Below are positions 18,731-29,359 of a DNA stretch of 64,000 bases, piece after piece. Every line of letters starts with the position of its first letter. Positions within the stretch are counted from its first letter, which is position 1. The notes beneath the pieces are model-generated. The model saw only the letters and a program-made list of their open reading frames with translations. It did no database searches and was not told the DNA's origin. Location of the stretch: contig CAWCIZ010000002.1 of the NCBI GenBank assembly GCA_963795855.1, positions 32,001 through 96,000 on the forward strand, in the 5' to 3' direction. The DNA is from Vulcanimicrobiota bacterium. GTDB lineage: Bacteria; Vulcanimicrobiota; Vulcanimicrobiia; Vulcanimicrobiales; Vulcanimicrobiaceae. The position numbers and the translations under genes are program-made.

Positions 18731-20395
18731 ATGCCGGGCCAAGCTGTCCCGATCAGCGAACCGGTCGGCGTGAACCAGCTCGATGGCGCGCTTCGCGAAC
18801 TCGACGCGTCGAAAGACGCGTGGGCGCGCCTGCGAATACCGGAAAAGATCGCGCTGCTCGAGGATTTGAAACGCGCCGTTCACCGGGAGGCTACCCAGTG
18901 GGTCGAACTGGCTTCCCGAGCCAAGGGCTTGGCCCCCGGTTCACCGCTCGAGGGTGAGGAATGGATTTCCGGACCCTGGGCGGTGCTGTATGCCATCAAT
19001 CGCTACCTGCGTACGCTGACGGGCATCCGAACCTTCGGACATTCGCCGGTTCCGAAAGCGCAAGCGCGGCGCGACGGGCGAATCACGGTGAGCGTCTTTC
19101 CGCGCACGCCGTACGACCGTCTGCTGCTGAGCGGGATCTCCGCCGAAGTTTGGATGCAGCCCGGCATAGATGCAGACGATGTCACGCGCGACGCCGCATC
19201 TTTTTACGCGCAAACCCAGCCGCATGGGCGTGTCGCGCTCGTTCTGGGGGCCGGCAACATTGCAAGCATCGCGCCGCTGGACGTGCTCTACAAATTGCTC
19301 GCGGACGGCTGCGTGTGCATGCTCAAAATGAATCCGGTCAATGCCTATCTCGGGCCAATCTTCGAGCGCGCATTCGCCTCGTTCGTCCAAGCCGGATACG
19401 TACGCTTCGCGTACGGCGGTGCCGACGTCGGCCGACATCTTTGCTCGCACGAACTCGTGCGGCAGATTCACGTCACCGGCAGCGCGGCGACCTACAATGC
19501 GATCCTCGCCGGCACGGACCGGCATAAGCGCATTACCAGCGAGCTCGGTAACGTCAGCCCGACGATCGTTCTTCCCGGTCCGTGGAGCGACGACGATCTC
19601 GCGTTTCAGGCAGAGAACATCGCGACGCAAAAAGCGCATAACGCCGGATTCAATTGCATTGCCGCGCAAGTGCTCGTTCTGCCGAAGGCCTGGAAACATT
19701 CGCACGCTCTGCGCGATCGGATTACCGCGATTCTGGATAGCATGGAACAGCGCCCGGAGTATTATCCGGGCGCCGAGCAGCGCCGCGCTGCGCTCGGCGG
19801 TGCGGGCACGCGGCTGCGGAGCATCGCGCACGTCGATCCCGCGCAGACGGACCACGCCGCATTCAAAAGCGAAGCATTCTGTGGCCTCCTGGCTTGCATC
19901 GAACTTCCCGGACAATTCGAAGAGTACGTACGCAGCGCCGTCGCGTTCGCCAACGACCGGCTCTATGGAACGCTCGGCGTAAACCTGATCGCGCACCCGG
20001 AAACGATGAAACGCTGGAGCAGCGCGTGTGACGATGCCATCGCTTCACTGCGCTACGGATGCGTCGGCGTGAACTGCTGGACCGCCGTCGGCTATTTCAT
20101 CACGGAGACGCCCTGGGGCGCATACCCGCGTCACACCGCCGGCGACCCGGGCAGCGGGGTCGGCGTCGTGCACAACTCCTATTTTCTCGCGGCCACGGAA
20201 AAGAGCGTGATCCGCGCGCCGTTTTTTCCGTTTCCGCGCGGGCTGCGCCACAGATCGTTTTCCGTGCTGCCGCGGCCGCCGTGGTTCGTCACGAACCGCA
20301 TGCAGGCGCAAATCGGTCGAGCGCTCTGCGATTTCGAACTCAGTCCCTCACCGGCACTGGCCATCGCGATCGCGCGCTTGGCGATGCGCGGTTAG
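18731..20395 (+). CDS. Aldehyde dehydrogenase family protein
   Basis: LVLGAGN, LKMNPVN, HVTGS, SELGNVSP, NAGFNC, EAFCG. Confidence 0.85.
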   Translation: MPGQAVPISEPVGVNQLDGALRELDASKDAWARLRIPEKIALLEDLKRAVHREATQWVELASRAKGLAPGSPLEGEEWISGPWAVLYAINRYLRTLTGIRTFGHSPVPKAQARRDGRITVSVFPRTPYDRLLLSGISAEVWMQPGIDADDVTRDAASFYAQTQPHGRVALVLGAGNIASIAPLDVLYKLLADGCVCMLKMNPVNAYLGPIFERAFASFVQAGYVRFAYGGADVGRHLCSHELVRQIHVTGSAATYNAILAGTDRHKRITSELGNVSPTIVLPGPWSDDDLAFQAENIATQKAHNAGFNCIAAQVLVLPKAWKHSHALRDRITAILDSMEQRPEYYPGAEQRRAALGGAGTRLRSIAHVDPAQTDHAAFKSEAFCGLLACIELPGQFEEYVRSAVAFANDRLYGTLGVNLIAHPETMKRWSSACDDAIASLRYGCVGVNCWTAVGYFITETPWGAYPRHTAGDPGSGVGVVHNSYFLAATEKSVIRAPFFPFPRGLRHRSFSVLPRPPWFVTNRMQAQIGRALCDFELSPSPALAIAIARLAMRG

Positions 20396-20772
20396 GAGCC
20401 GTTCTGCACGGACAGCTCCCAACGGTAGCCGTCGGGATCGTGGAACCATAAGCCCATATGAGGCGAACCGGGCGCCTCCGGACCGATCTCGTCACCGGGG
20501 TCCTCGAGGTCGACGCCGTTATTCTTGAGCGAATCGAGCGCAGCGCGAAGCGTCTGCATGTCTTTGACATGAAAGGAGATGTGATCGATCGCTTCGGGCG
20601 CGGGCGTACCTTGGAACAGTACCATTGTGATCGCGTCGTTCGTCAATCCAACGCCGCCCTCGAACCGAAACATCTCCTGCAGGTCGAAATTGCGAGTCCA
20701 AAACGCCGCGGTGGCATCCGGATCTTTTACCGCGAGGCTGAAATGCCCGACGACACCTAAGTGCACTTTCAC
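20392..20772 (-). CDS. VOC/glyoxalase family protein
   Basis: HFSLAVKD, DHISFHV, FHDPDGYRWEL. Confidence 0.9.
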   Translation of the reverse strand: MKVHLGVVGHFSLAVKDPDATAAFWTRNFDLQEMFRFEGGVGLTNDAITMVLFQGTPAPEAIDHISFHVKDMQTLRAALDSLKNNGVDLEDPGDEIGPEAPGSPHMGLWFHDPDGYRWELSVQNGS

Positions 20773-21275
20773 GGAGCTGCTTTCTCATAGCGCATCAAAT
20801 CGCGCTTGTACGCGCGGATGATGCGATCGTAACGCATGTCCAACCGGTTCGCAACGGCCACCGACGGCGCATTGAACCGATCGATCAGCGCGTACAACCG
20901 GGCGATCCGCAACTCTCCGAACGCGAAATCGAGCACTCCGCGCGCGGCCTCGGTCGCGAAGCCGCGCCCTTGATAGGCGCTATTGAAAATCCACGCTATC
21001 TCTATGTCGGGCTCGTATCCCGGTATCTGCGTGATGCCGCACTCGCCGATGACGCGGTGATCGGCCTTGTGCACGACGGGCCAAATGCCGTAGCCTTGTT
21101 GCTCGTCCCGCTCGATCATGCGCAGCAAAAGCCGCTGTGTCTGCTCCGCGCTTAGCGGGCCGCAGGGAATGAAGCGCATGGTTTGCGCGTCGCCGTAGAT
21201 CGCGTTCGCATCTTCTAAGTCGCGCGGTACATGCCATTTACGGATCAGCAAGCGCTCCGTTTCGATGAAACTCAC
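20769..21275 (-). CDS. GNAT N-acetyltransferase (RimJ/RimL-like)
   Basis: IETERLLIR, YQGRGFATEAA, NAPSVAVANRL. Confidence 0.9.
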   Translation of the reverse strand: MSFIETERLLIRKWHVPRDLEDANAIYGDAQTMRFIPCGPLSAEQTQRLLLRMIERDEQQGYGIWPVVHKADHRVIGECGITQIPGYEPDIEIAWIFNSAYQGRGFATEAARGVLDFAFGELRIARLYALIDRFNAPSVAVANRLDMRYDRIIRAYKRDLMRYEKAAP

Positions 21276-22423
21276 TGCGCGCCGGCAGCTCGCAGCATCT
21301 GCACGACCCGGTCCACGGGAAGGCCATACACCGTTACGCCCCCGCGTCCGCTCATCGTCTTCGCGCTGAACAGCGCGTCGTAGATCGCCCCTTCCGTAGC
21401 TTCTGCGGTGGCGCGATAAAGCGCGTTCAGCGTATCGCTCCGCTCCACGATCGGAATCTTAGGAGCCGCGATATCGAAGTTTCCCGTGCGATCGAAGACG
21501 TAACCGGTGCTGAATGCCAGGAAGAGATCGCCGCTGCCCACGTCGCTCGTCAAGCCGGTGCGCGCCATGCCGAGTGCGGCACGCAGCGCAATCGCACGCA
21601 ACTGACGCGAATCCAAAGGCGCGTCGGTCGCAACGATGATGATGATACTGCCCGAAGCCATGCGCCCGTGCATTGCAACCGGCTTGGGAAACGTCATCTT
21701 GTATTCGTTCTTCAAGCGTTCGCCGACGTGCACGCCGTCGATAGTCAATTGCTCGCGCGTCGAGCCGGTGTTGTCGTTGACGAGCACGCCGACGGTATAA
21801 CCGCCGAGCGACTTCGGCAACACGCGCGATGCGGATCCGATGCCCGCCTTGAATCCGAACGCTTTCATCCCGGTGCCGGCGCCGACGCTGCCTCGCGCGA
21901 ACTGTCCCGGTTTCGCGGAGTCGAGCATCTGCACGACGTCGTGTGCGGTGACGGGGCGAGCTTGAATGTCCGTGAGCAATTGATCGTCGCACTCTGCGAC
22001 GACGGGAAGCGGCACGTCGTCGCGCACGCCGATCTGCGGATGTTTTTCGATTTGCCAACTCACCACGCCGTCGTCGGCGCGCCCGATGTCGAGCGTGTCC
22101 GTAAGCACGATCGGTTCTTCCAGATAACCCGCTTCGTTGACCCAATGCGTTCCGGTCATCTCGCCGTTGCCGTTGAACGGCACCGCCGCAGCGGAAACTT
22201 TTCGGTTCCAAGGGTCCGCATTCGGCAATATCGCCGTGGCGCCGGTGCGAATGTCTCGGCCCTCGACTTTTGTCAGATGTGCGACGAGAACGCCTGGAAC
22301 GTCCGTAATGCCGTCGAGCGGCCCGGCGGCGAACGATCCGAACCGGAAGGGTATAGCCGCAGAAGCGGCTGCACTCGCGGCGAGCACCATGGTACAGACA
22401 AGTGCGATGATCACGCGTCCCAT
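21272..22423 (-). CDS. Secreted P1/S58 family (DmpA-like) aminopeptidase
   Basis: Signal peptide; ITDVPGVLVAH, NGNGEMTG, ECDD, GSVGAGTG, GSIIIIVATDAP, SGDLFLAFST. Confidence 0.88.
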   Translation of the reverse strand: MGRVIIALVCTMVLAASAAASAAIPFRFGSFAAGPLDGITDVPGVLVAHLTKVEGRDIRTGATAILPNADPWNRKVSAAAVPFNGNGEMTGTHWVNEAGYLEEPIVLTDTLDIGRADDGVVSWQIEKHPQIGVRDDVPLPVVAECDDQLLTDIQARPVTAHDVVQMLDSAKPGQFARGSVGAGTGMKAFGFKAGIGSASRVLPKSLGGYTVGVLVNDNTGSTREQLTIDGVHVGERLKNEYKMTFPKPVAMHGRMASGSIIIIVATDAPLDSRQLRAIALRAALGMARTGLTSDVGSGDLFLAFSTGYVFDRTGNFDIAAPKIPIVERSDTLNALYRATAEATEGAIYDALFSAKTMSGRGGVTVYGLPVDRVVQMLRAAGAQ

Positions 22424-22516
22424 GGCGCAGGAGATTAGGCCTATCGGCCGCACCGGCCCTGCAGGCTCGCTCTAGCGCCCTACCTAAGTCCCGATCTTTA
22501 CTACCATAGAGGGAGT

Positions 22517-24088
22517 ATGGCCATACTGACGGTTCCCGAGAAGTTCAAAGCCGCGCACGTGTACGAGAATCTCTCGATCGCGGAGCTCGTCGAACACGCG
22601 CTTCGCCGCGGCGAAGGCGCTCTGGGAAACGACGGTCAGCTCATCGTCGACACGCGCCCCCACACGGGCCGATCGCCGAAGGACAAATTCTTCGTCAAAG
22701 AACCTTCGAGCGAAACCCACATCGATTGGGGCGAAACGAACCGCCCGATTAGCCCGGACGTTTTCGATGCGCTTTGGGAACGCGTCGGCGCGTATCTTTC
22801 CGAACGCGAGGTCTACTCGCTGGATTGTTACGTCGGGGCCGACGAACGCTATCGGCTACCCGTGCGCGTCGTGACGGAGTTCGCGTGGCACAACCTATTC
22901 GCGCGCGACCTTTTCATCGTTCCCGACAACGTGCCGAAGGATTTCATCCCCGAGTTCACCGTCGTCGACGCCGCGCTGTTTCAAGCCGATCCGCAGCGTG
23001 ACGGAACGAACTCATCGACGTTCGTCCTGGTCAACTTCGCCAAGCGTATGATTCTAATTGGCGGGACCCGGTATGCGGGTGAGATCAAGAAGTCGGTATT
23101 CACGGTCATGAACTACCTGCTTCCGCTGCGGCAAACATTGCCGATGCATTGCTCGGCCAACGTCGGCGCCGACGACGGCGTCGCGATCTTTTTCGGCTTG
23201 TCGGGTACCGGCAAGACGACGCTTTCGGCAGATGGTCACCGCCCGCTCATTGGAGATGACGAGCACGGATGGTCGGCGGACGGCGTGTTCAATTTCGAAG
23301 GCGGGTGCTACGCAAAGGTTATTCGCCTCTCACAGAAAGCCGAACCGGAGATTTGGGCGGCGTCGCACCGATTCGGAGCGGTGCTCGAAAACGTCGTGTA
23401 CGACCCTCGTACGCGCCTGCTCGACTTGGACTCCGACGAGAAGACCGAAAACACCCGCTCCGCTTATCCGATCGAATTCATTCCGAATATCGTCCCCGGC
23501 AGCAAAGGCGGCCATCCGAATACGATCGTCATGCTGACGGCCGATGCGTTCGGCGTGCTTCCGCCCATCGCGAAGCTCACCAAAGAGCAGGCGATGTACC
23601 ATTTCCTATCCGGCTACACGGCGAAAGTAGCGGGAACGGAGCGCGGCGTCACGGAACCGCAGGCGACGTTTTCCACGTGTTTCGGTGCTCCGTTCATGGT
23701 GCATCATCCGACCGTGTATTCGCGCCTGCTCGGCGAGCGCATCGACAAACACGGCGTGCAGTGCTGGCTCGTAAATACCGGCTGGAGCGGCGGCCCGTAC
23801 GGTGTCGGCAAACGAATGGCGATCGGTTACACGCGTGCGATGGTGAATGCCGCGATCGAAGGATCGCTTGCAAACGTCCGGTTCGAAACCGAGCCTTTTT
23901 TCGGCTTGTCAATCCCGCTCGCCGTTCCGGGCGTGCCGGCAGAGGTGCTCAACCCGCGAAACATGTGGCTGGATGCCGCTGCCTACGACGCGCAAGCCAA
24001 GAAACTTGCGCTATTGTTCGCCAAGAATTTCGAAAAGTTCGAACGGCACGCCCTTCCCGGCGTACGCGCAGCCGCAGTCAAGCCGTAA
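22517..24088 (+). CDS. pckA: Phosphoenolpyruvate carboxykinase (ATP)
   Basis: [42 protein letters not shown]. Confidence 0.97.
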   Translation: MAILTVPEKFKAAHVYENLSIAELVEHALRRGEGALGNDGQLIVDTRPHTGRSPKDKFFVKEPSSETHIDWGETNRPISPDVFDALWERVGAYLSEREVYSLDCYVGADERYRLPVRVVTEFAWHNLFARDLFIVPDNVPKDFIPEFTVVDAALFQADPQRDGTNSSTFVLVNFAKRMILIGGTRYAGEIKKSVFTVMNYLLPLRQTLPMHCSANVGADDGVAIFFGLSGTGKTTLSADGHRPLIGDDEHGWSADGVFNFEGGCYAKVIRLSQKAEPEIWAASHRFGAVLENVVYDPRTRLLDLDSDEKTENTRSAYPIEFIPNIVPGSKGGHPNTIVMLTADAFGVLPPIAKLTKEQAMYHFLSGYTAKVAGTERGVTEPQATFSTCFGAPFMVHHPTVYSRLLGERIDKHGVQCWLVNTGWSGGPYGVGKRMAIGYTRAMVNAAIEGSLANVRFETEPFFGLSIPLAVPGVPAEVLNPRNMWLDAAAYDAQAKKLALLFAKNFEKFERHALPGVRAAAVKP

Positions 24089-24103
24089 GCGCAAGCGCGC
24101 GGA

Positions 24104-24559
24104 TCATCGGCCCGTATACGCGGACGGCGATGGCGATCCGATGCCGACGGCTTTGAAGAGAATTCGCTTCGCGCGACGCCCGTCGAATTCTCCGTAGTGC
24201 ACGCGCTCCCACGTGCCGAGATCTAGTTTACCGCCGGTCACCGGAACGATCACCTGATGACCGAGAAGCATGCGTTTGAGATGCGCATCCGCGTTGTCCT
24301 CGCCGGTGAGATGGTGCTTATACCCGGGCTTTCGCGGCGCGAGTTCTTCGAGCCACGCCATGATGTCTTCCCAAAGCCCGGACTCGTGATCGTTGACGAA
24401 GATACTGGCCGTGATGTGCATCGTGCTCACCAGTACGAAACCGTCGAACAACCCCGCCTTCTTGCGTACCTCTTCAACGCGATCGGTGATGTCGAGGATT
24501 TCGTACCGCTTCCTCGTCGTGATGGTCTGGTGCTCCGTAAAAGCAATCGGATCTTTCAT
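24104..24559 (-). CDS. YjbQ/UPF0047 family protein
   Basis: HITASIFVND, NADAHLK, LGTWERVHYGEFDG. Confidence 0.9.
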   Translation of the reverse strand: MKDPIAFTEHQTITTRKRYEILDITDRVEEVRKKAGLFDGFVLVSTMHITASIFVNDHESGLWEDIMAWLEELAPRKPGYKHHLTGEDNADAHLKRMLLGHQVIVPVTGGKLDLGTWERVHYGEFDGRRAKRILFKAVGIGSPSPSAYTGR

Positions 24560-24621
24560 GTGATTCTAAGCATACTCCCTGCCGCGGATGCGTTAGAGTG
24601 TAAACACCTTATTTCCAGGAG

Positions 24622-25047
24622 TTGAACCATCCAGTGAAGACCCTTCGTTCTCTTCTTCTTCCCGCGGCACTGAGCGTTGCGCTCGTCGCGCCGCTCGCGG
24701 CGTTCGCGCAGCAGGCTGCCCCGGCCCCTGCGGCAGGAGCCGCGCAAAGCGGCCATCACCATGGCCGCCACGGCTTCATGCGCATGCTGCACGGCGTCAC
24801 GCTCAGCGATCAGCAGAAAACGCAAATCAAGCAAATCGTTCAGCGATTCCGTCAGGCGCATCCGCGCGGAAGCCGCCCCGGCGTTCAAGCGCGTCAGCAA
24901 ATGCGCACGCAGATCATGAACGTCCTCACCCCTGAGCAGCGTACGCAGGTTCAGCAAAACATCCAACAGATGCGTGCTCGGCACCGGCACGATGCCGGCG
25001 GGTCCGCCCAGCCCACTCCCCGCCCGTCCCAGCCTCCCATCAAGTAA
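24622..25047 (+). CDS. Spy/CpxP-like periplasmic chaperone
   Basis: Signal peptide; LSDQQK and VLTPEQR (LTxxQ) motifs. Confidence 0.8.
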   Translation: MNHPVKTLRSLLLPAALSVALVAPLAAFAQQAAPAPAAGAAQSGHHHGRHGFMRMLHGVTLSDQQKTQIKQIVQRFRQAHPRGSRPGVQARQQMRTQIMNVLTPEQRTQVQQNIQQMRARHRHDAGGSAQPTPRPSQPPIK

Positions 25048-25059
25048 TGCGGCGCGGAG

Positions 25060-25518
25060 TTATCGCAAACAGATAGCTCCGCTCTCTTCGATCTCGAGTT
25101 GCAGCGCGCGCAGGGACGCCACGGGGCGCACGTCGCCGAATTGGAACGCGAACTCGCGGCCCTTCGACACCGCAATCACCGTCATGCCCGCGGCCACGCC
25201 GGCCGCGATGCCTTGGCGGCTGTCTTCCACGACCAGACATTTTTCGGGAGCAACCCCGACGCGTTCCGCGGCCAGCCGGTAGCAGTCCGGTGCCGGCTTG
25301 TTTCGCTCGACGTCGTCCGCTGAAACCAACACGCCGGGCTTCGGCAGTCCCGCCTCGGTCAATAACGCCATCGCAAGACCGGTAGGGCACGACGTCACGA
25401 CGGCCCACCGGCACGCCGGAAGTTGCTCAAGCAGTTCGCGAGCGCCGTCGATGGCTTTCGCCCGCTCGGTGACGAGCGTTCCGAAGAGGTCGAACAGCAC
25501 CGCATCAAAGCGCTCCAC
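25060..25518 (-). CDS. HAD-IA family hydrolase
   Basis: FDLFGTL, VTS, KPAPD, VEDSRQG. Confidence 0.85.
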   Translation of the reverse strand: MERFDAVLFDLFGTLVTERAKAIDGARELLEQLPACRWAVVTSCPTGLAMALLTEAGLPKPGVLVSADDVERNKPAPDCYRLAAERVGVAPEKCLVVEDSRQGIAAGVAAGMTVIAVSKGREFAFQFGDVRPVASLRALQLEIEESGAICLR

Positions 25519-25569
25519 GTTCGCCTCTTCGCGGATGAGTTGCGCGCTCTTCTCGCGTACTTGCGCCAG

Positions 25570-26817
25570 ATGAGGAGCGGAGACACTCTTGCAATTCTGG
25601 TCGGAGGCGGCCCGGCACCCGGCATCAACGGCGTCATCGCGTCCGCGGCAATCGAAGCAATCAACAACGGCTTGCGCGTTGTCGGGATCTACGACGGCTA
25701 CTATCATCTTGCAAAAGGCGATCCGTCGCACACTATCGAGCTCGGGCTGGACGACGTCTCCACGATTCACTCGACGGGCGGCTCGATTTTGCGGACGTCG
25801 CGCACCAATCCGGCAAAAGATCGAGCGACGCTCGATTCGTGCGTTCGCGCACTGACGGAAATGGGCGCGCGGTACCTCATCGCGATTGGCGGCGACGATA
25901 CGACGTACGGTGCGACTCGAATTGCAGAACTGGCCGAGGGACGGATCGGCGTGGCAACCATCCCGAAAACGATCGACAACGACCTGCCGCTTCCGGACGA
26001 CGCGCCGACGTTCGGTTTTGAAACGGCGCGCTCGGTTGCAACCGGAATCGTCGAATCGCTGATGGTCGACGCCCGCACGACGAGCCGCTGGTATCTCGTG
26101 ATCAGCATGGGACGCAAATCCGGCTCTCTTGCGCTGGGTATGTGCAGAGCCGCCGGCGCGCACCTGGCGGTCATTCCGGAAGAGTTCCCGGGCGACGAAG
26201 TGGATCTGGAGGCGGTCGTGGATACAATCGCGGGCGCGATCGTGAAGCGGCGAGCCGAGGGCCATCCGAATGGGGTCGCGGTCATCGCCGAAGGAATTAC
26301 CGAACACCTCTCCCAGAAGCAGCTTGCGGCGTTTGAAAACGTTCCGCGCGACGCGTACGGCCATATTCGGCTGGCGGACGTTCCTTTGGGCGCAATCTTA
26401 CGCGATGCCGTGCGCACGCGCCTAGCCGGCATGGGCGTCGATGCAACGGTCGTTACGAAAGACATCGGTTACGAACTGCGGTGCGCGAAACCGGTTCCTT
26501 TCGACGTCGAATACACGCGCGCGCTCGGTTATGGCGCCGTACGGTATTTGCTCGACGGCGGCAGCGGCGCGCTGATCGCCGTGTCCGGCGGGCGAGTACG
26601 TCCGGTTAAACTTGCGGAGTTGCAAGATCCGAGCACCGGACGAGTTCGGGTGCGCATGGTCGACGTCACGAGCGAATCGTATCGCGTCGCACGCGCGTAC
26701 ATGACGCGGTTGGAACCGCCGGATTTCGAGGAGCCGGATCTTACAAGACTGGCTGCTCAGACGAATCTTTCCGCCGCGGACTTTCGAAAGCGTTTCGCCG
26801 ATGCGGTGCTTGCATAA
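25570..26817 (+). CDS. pfp: Pyrophosphate-dependent phosphofructokinase
   Basis: GGGPAPGIN, GGDDT and PKTIDND (PPi-type signature), MGR. Confidence 0.85.
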   Translation: MRSGDTLAILVGGGPAPGINGVIASAAIEAINNGLRVVGIYDGYYHLAKGDPSHTIELGLDDVSTIHSTGGSILRTSRTNPAKDRATLDSCVRALTEMGARYLIAIGGDDTTYGATRIAELAEGRIGVATIPKTIDNDLPLPDDAPTFGFETARSVATGIVESLMVDARTTSRWYLVISMGRKSGSLALGMCRAAGAHLAVIPEEFPGDEVDLEAVVDTIAGAIVKRRAEGHPNGVAVIAEGITEHLSQKQLAAFENVPRDAYGHIRLADVPLGAILRDAVRTRLAGMGVDATVVTKDIGYELRCAKPVPFDVEYTRALGYGAVRYLLDGGSGALIAVSGGRVRPVKLAELQDPSTGRVRVRMVDVTSESYRVARAYMTRLEPPDFEEPDLTRLAAQTNLSAADFRKRFADAVLA

Positions 26818-28093
26818 AGCACTTGGCGCGCTGTGCGCTTCGCTCTCGCCGGCAATCCTGGCGCTGAGTGCATGTGGGGGCGCGGGCGGCTCGGCAACAG
26901 GCGCTCCGAGCGTTGCGCCTTCCGCCGCCGGCCCCGCGCCGCAAAGCTGCGCGGCAAGCGGCACGCCCGCGCCGACTCCAACACCGGCAGGGCCGTCACC
27001 GCAGCCCGCGCCCGGCCTCACCGTCCCTGCGGGATTCACCATCGACATCATCGGTCGCGTCAACGGTGCGCGAGAACTTGCCGCAGCGCCAAACGGCGAT
27101 TTGTTCGTCGGAACGAATGGCTCCAGTATTTACCTGATTCGCAATGCCGAAGGGCAAGCCGCAAACCCCGCCGTTTTTGCCGGCATGGGAGATTCGCCGG
27201 CCGCCGGTGTCGCGCTGTCGGTGTCGCCGCCGAACTGCGCCCTCTACGTCGGTACGCAATTCGGCGTCTACCGCATTCCGTACGTCATCGGCGACACGAC
27301 CGCGCGCGCGACGCCGCAAAAAATCGCGGAAGTGCGGCCTGGCGGCTCGAGCGATCACTCCACGACGTCGGTTGCGATTGCGAACGGCGCATTATATGCA
27401 AGCGTCGGATCCTCGTGCAACGCATGCGCTGAAACCGACCCCACACGAGCGACGATTCAACAATTCCGCTTAGACGGTACGGGTGCCGGCGCAAAAGCCG
27501 TCCACATTCGCAACGCGATTGCGCTTGCCGTGAATCCTGCGACGCAGACATTGTGGACGGGCGACGCTGGACAGGACGACCTTCCCTTCGGTCATCCGTA
27601 CGAGTTCTTCGATGCGGTAACGCTTCACACGGGAACTGCAAATTACGGATGGCCCGATTGCGAAGAAAACCATCACGCGTATACGCTCGGCGCGAACTGC
27701 ACTTCCGTCGTCATTCCGTTGGTTGCGCTTCCGGCATATGAAACGCCGATCGGTGCGGTGTTCTATCCAACGAATCAAACGGGTCCGTACGCGTTTACCT
27801 CGCACTATCGCGGCGGCGCGTTCATTGCCATGCATGGTTCGTGGCATACGGGCTCCGGCGGCGCGTACGCCGCCGCTCCGCTGGTTGCGTTCGTTGCAAT
27901 GACCGGCGACACGCCGCAGACTCCCGTGAACTGGAGCGATCCGGCCGCACAGTGGACGGCGTTCGTAAGCGGCTTTCAAACGCCGGACGGCACGACTCGC
28001 ATAGGGAGACCCACGGGGCTGGCGGTTGGTCCGAGCGGAAGTTTATTCGTGGCGGACGACCAAACCGGGAACATCTACCGTATCCGGCCATGA
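26801..28093 (+). CDS. PQQ-dependent sugar/sorbosone dehydrogenase-like lipoprotein
   Basis: Lipobox LSAC; SVGSSCNAC, IRNAIAL, NYGWP, HGSW, GRPTGLAVG. Confidence 0.8.
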   Translation: MRCLHKALGALCASLSPAILALSACGGAGGSATGAPSVAPSAAGPAPQSCAASGTPAPTPTPAGPSPQPAPGLTVPAGFTIDIIGRVNGARELAAAPNGDLFVGTNGSSIYLIRNAEGQAANPAVFAGMGDSPAAGVALSVSPPNCALYVGTQFGVYRIPYVIGDTTARATPQKIAEVRPGGSSDHSTTSVAIANGALYASVGSSCNACAETDPTRATIQQFRLDGTGAGAKAVHIRNAIALAVNPATQTLWTGDAGQDDLPFGHPYEFFDAVTLHTGTANYGWPDCEENHHAYTLGANCTSVVIPLVALPAYETPIGAVFYPTNQTGPYAFTSHYRGGAFIAMHGSWHTGSGGAYAAAPLVAFVAMTGDTPQTPVNWSDPAAQWTAFVSGFQTPDGTTRIGRPTGLAVGPSGSLFVADDQTGNIYRIRP

Positions 28094-29178
28094 TGATCAT
28101 TCCACCCGGCTTCACCGCCGCACAAATCGCTACCGTGCCCGATGCGCGGGAATTGGCGCTCTCCCCGTCCGGCGATCTCTACGTTGGAACGAGCGGAGCG
28201 AACGTGTACGTCGTACGCCGCGCCGAAGACGGCGTTCCGGATTCGGCGCGCGTGTACGTAACGATTGACGATGCCCCAACCGCAGGCGTCGCTTACGGAA
28301 ACGGAACGTTGTACGTAGGTTCGGAACACGGCGTGTGGCGCGTGCAAAACGGTCATGCGGTCAAACTTGCGTCCGTTCGCAGCGGCAGCCCGCCGGCCGG
28401 AAGCGACGGCGACGTCCACGTGACGACATCCGTCGCGATTGACGGCACCACCCTGTATGCGAGCGTCGGATCCTCGTGCAACGAGTGCGTCGAAACGGAC
28501 CCGACTCGCGCTACCGTCGGCAAGATCGAAGGTGGGCGTTACGTCCCCATTGCGAAGCGTATTCGCAACGCAATCGCACTTGCGATCGATCCGGCGACGC
28601 ATGCGCTGTGGGCGTCTGACGCCGGGCAAGACGAATTACCGCCCGCACATCCGTTTGAATTTTTCGATGACGTCAGCTCGCGCGCGCAAGAAGTCGACTA
28701 CGGCTGGCCCTACTGTTACGAAAATCACCGTCATAAACCCGGTACGAGTGAGAATTGCGCGAACGTCGCCGTTCCCGATGTCGTGTTTCCCGCTTACGAA
28801 ACGCCTATCGGCGCGGTGTTCTATCACCCGAACGCGCATGCACGCTATGCATTTCCGGCGCGCTATTTTGGCGGAGCGTTCGTGACGTTGCACGGCTCGT
28901 GGCATGGCCCCGCACAAGGTTTGTCCGGATACGTCGCGCCGCGGGTGGTGTTCGTCCCCATGCGAAACGGAAAGCCGGCAACCCCCGTGGATTGGAACGA
29001 TCCCTCGAAGCAGTGGACCCTCTTCGCCGGGGGCTACCAAGTCGGCGGGAGCATGCAGCGTACCGGCCGGCCGACAGGGATTGCCGTCGGACCGCAAGGC
29101 GATCTCTTCATCGCTGACGGCCAAACGGGCGCGATCTATCGCATCCGCTCAAAGCGGGTACCAGGAACGCATGGCTGA
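28090..29178 (+). CDS. PQQ-dependent sugar/sorbosone dehydrogenase-like protein (paralog)
   Basis: Same motifs as upstream gene; ATGA overlap. Confidence 0.8.
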   Translation: MMIIPPGFTAAQIATVPDARELALSPSGDLYVGTSGANVYVVRRAEDGVPDSARVYVTIDDAPTAGVAYGNGTLYVGSEHGVWRVQNGHAVKLASVRSGSPPAGSDGDVHVTTSVAIDGTTLYASVGSSCNECVETDPTRATVGKIEGGRYVPIAKRIRNAIALAIDPATHALWASDAGQDELPPAHPFEFFDDVSSRAQEVDYGWPYCYENHRHKPGTSENCANVAVPDVVFPAYETPIGAVFYHPNAHARYAFPARYFGGAFVTLHGSWHGPAQGLSGYVAPRVVFVPMRNGKPATPVDWNDPSKQWTLFAGGYQVGGSMQRTGRPTGIAVGPQGDLFIADGQTGAIYRIRSKRVPGTHG

Positions 29179-29359
29179 GATTTTCGGAAAAGGCGGTGAG
29201 AGCGTCACCGTAAGCGGATACTACGAATGTTCCGATTGCGGACATCGAGAGAAATTCGAACGCGGCGCGACGTTCCCGCCGAACCATCACCAAGACAAGC
29301 CGTGGACGCTCTATCAAGCGACTGAGGAGCTTCCGGCGCAGCAGACGTCTAAGAGCTGA
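29171..29359 (+). CDS. Small zinc-ribbon/YjzC-like protein
   Basis: GE...SGYYECSDCG...GATFPP...W. Confidence 0.65.
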   Translation: MAEIFGKGGESVTVSGYYECSDCGHREKFERGATFPPNHHQDKPWTLYQATEELPAQQTSKS

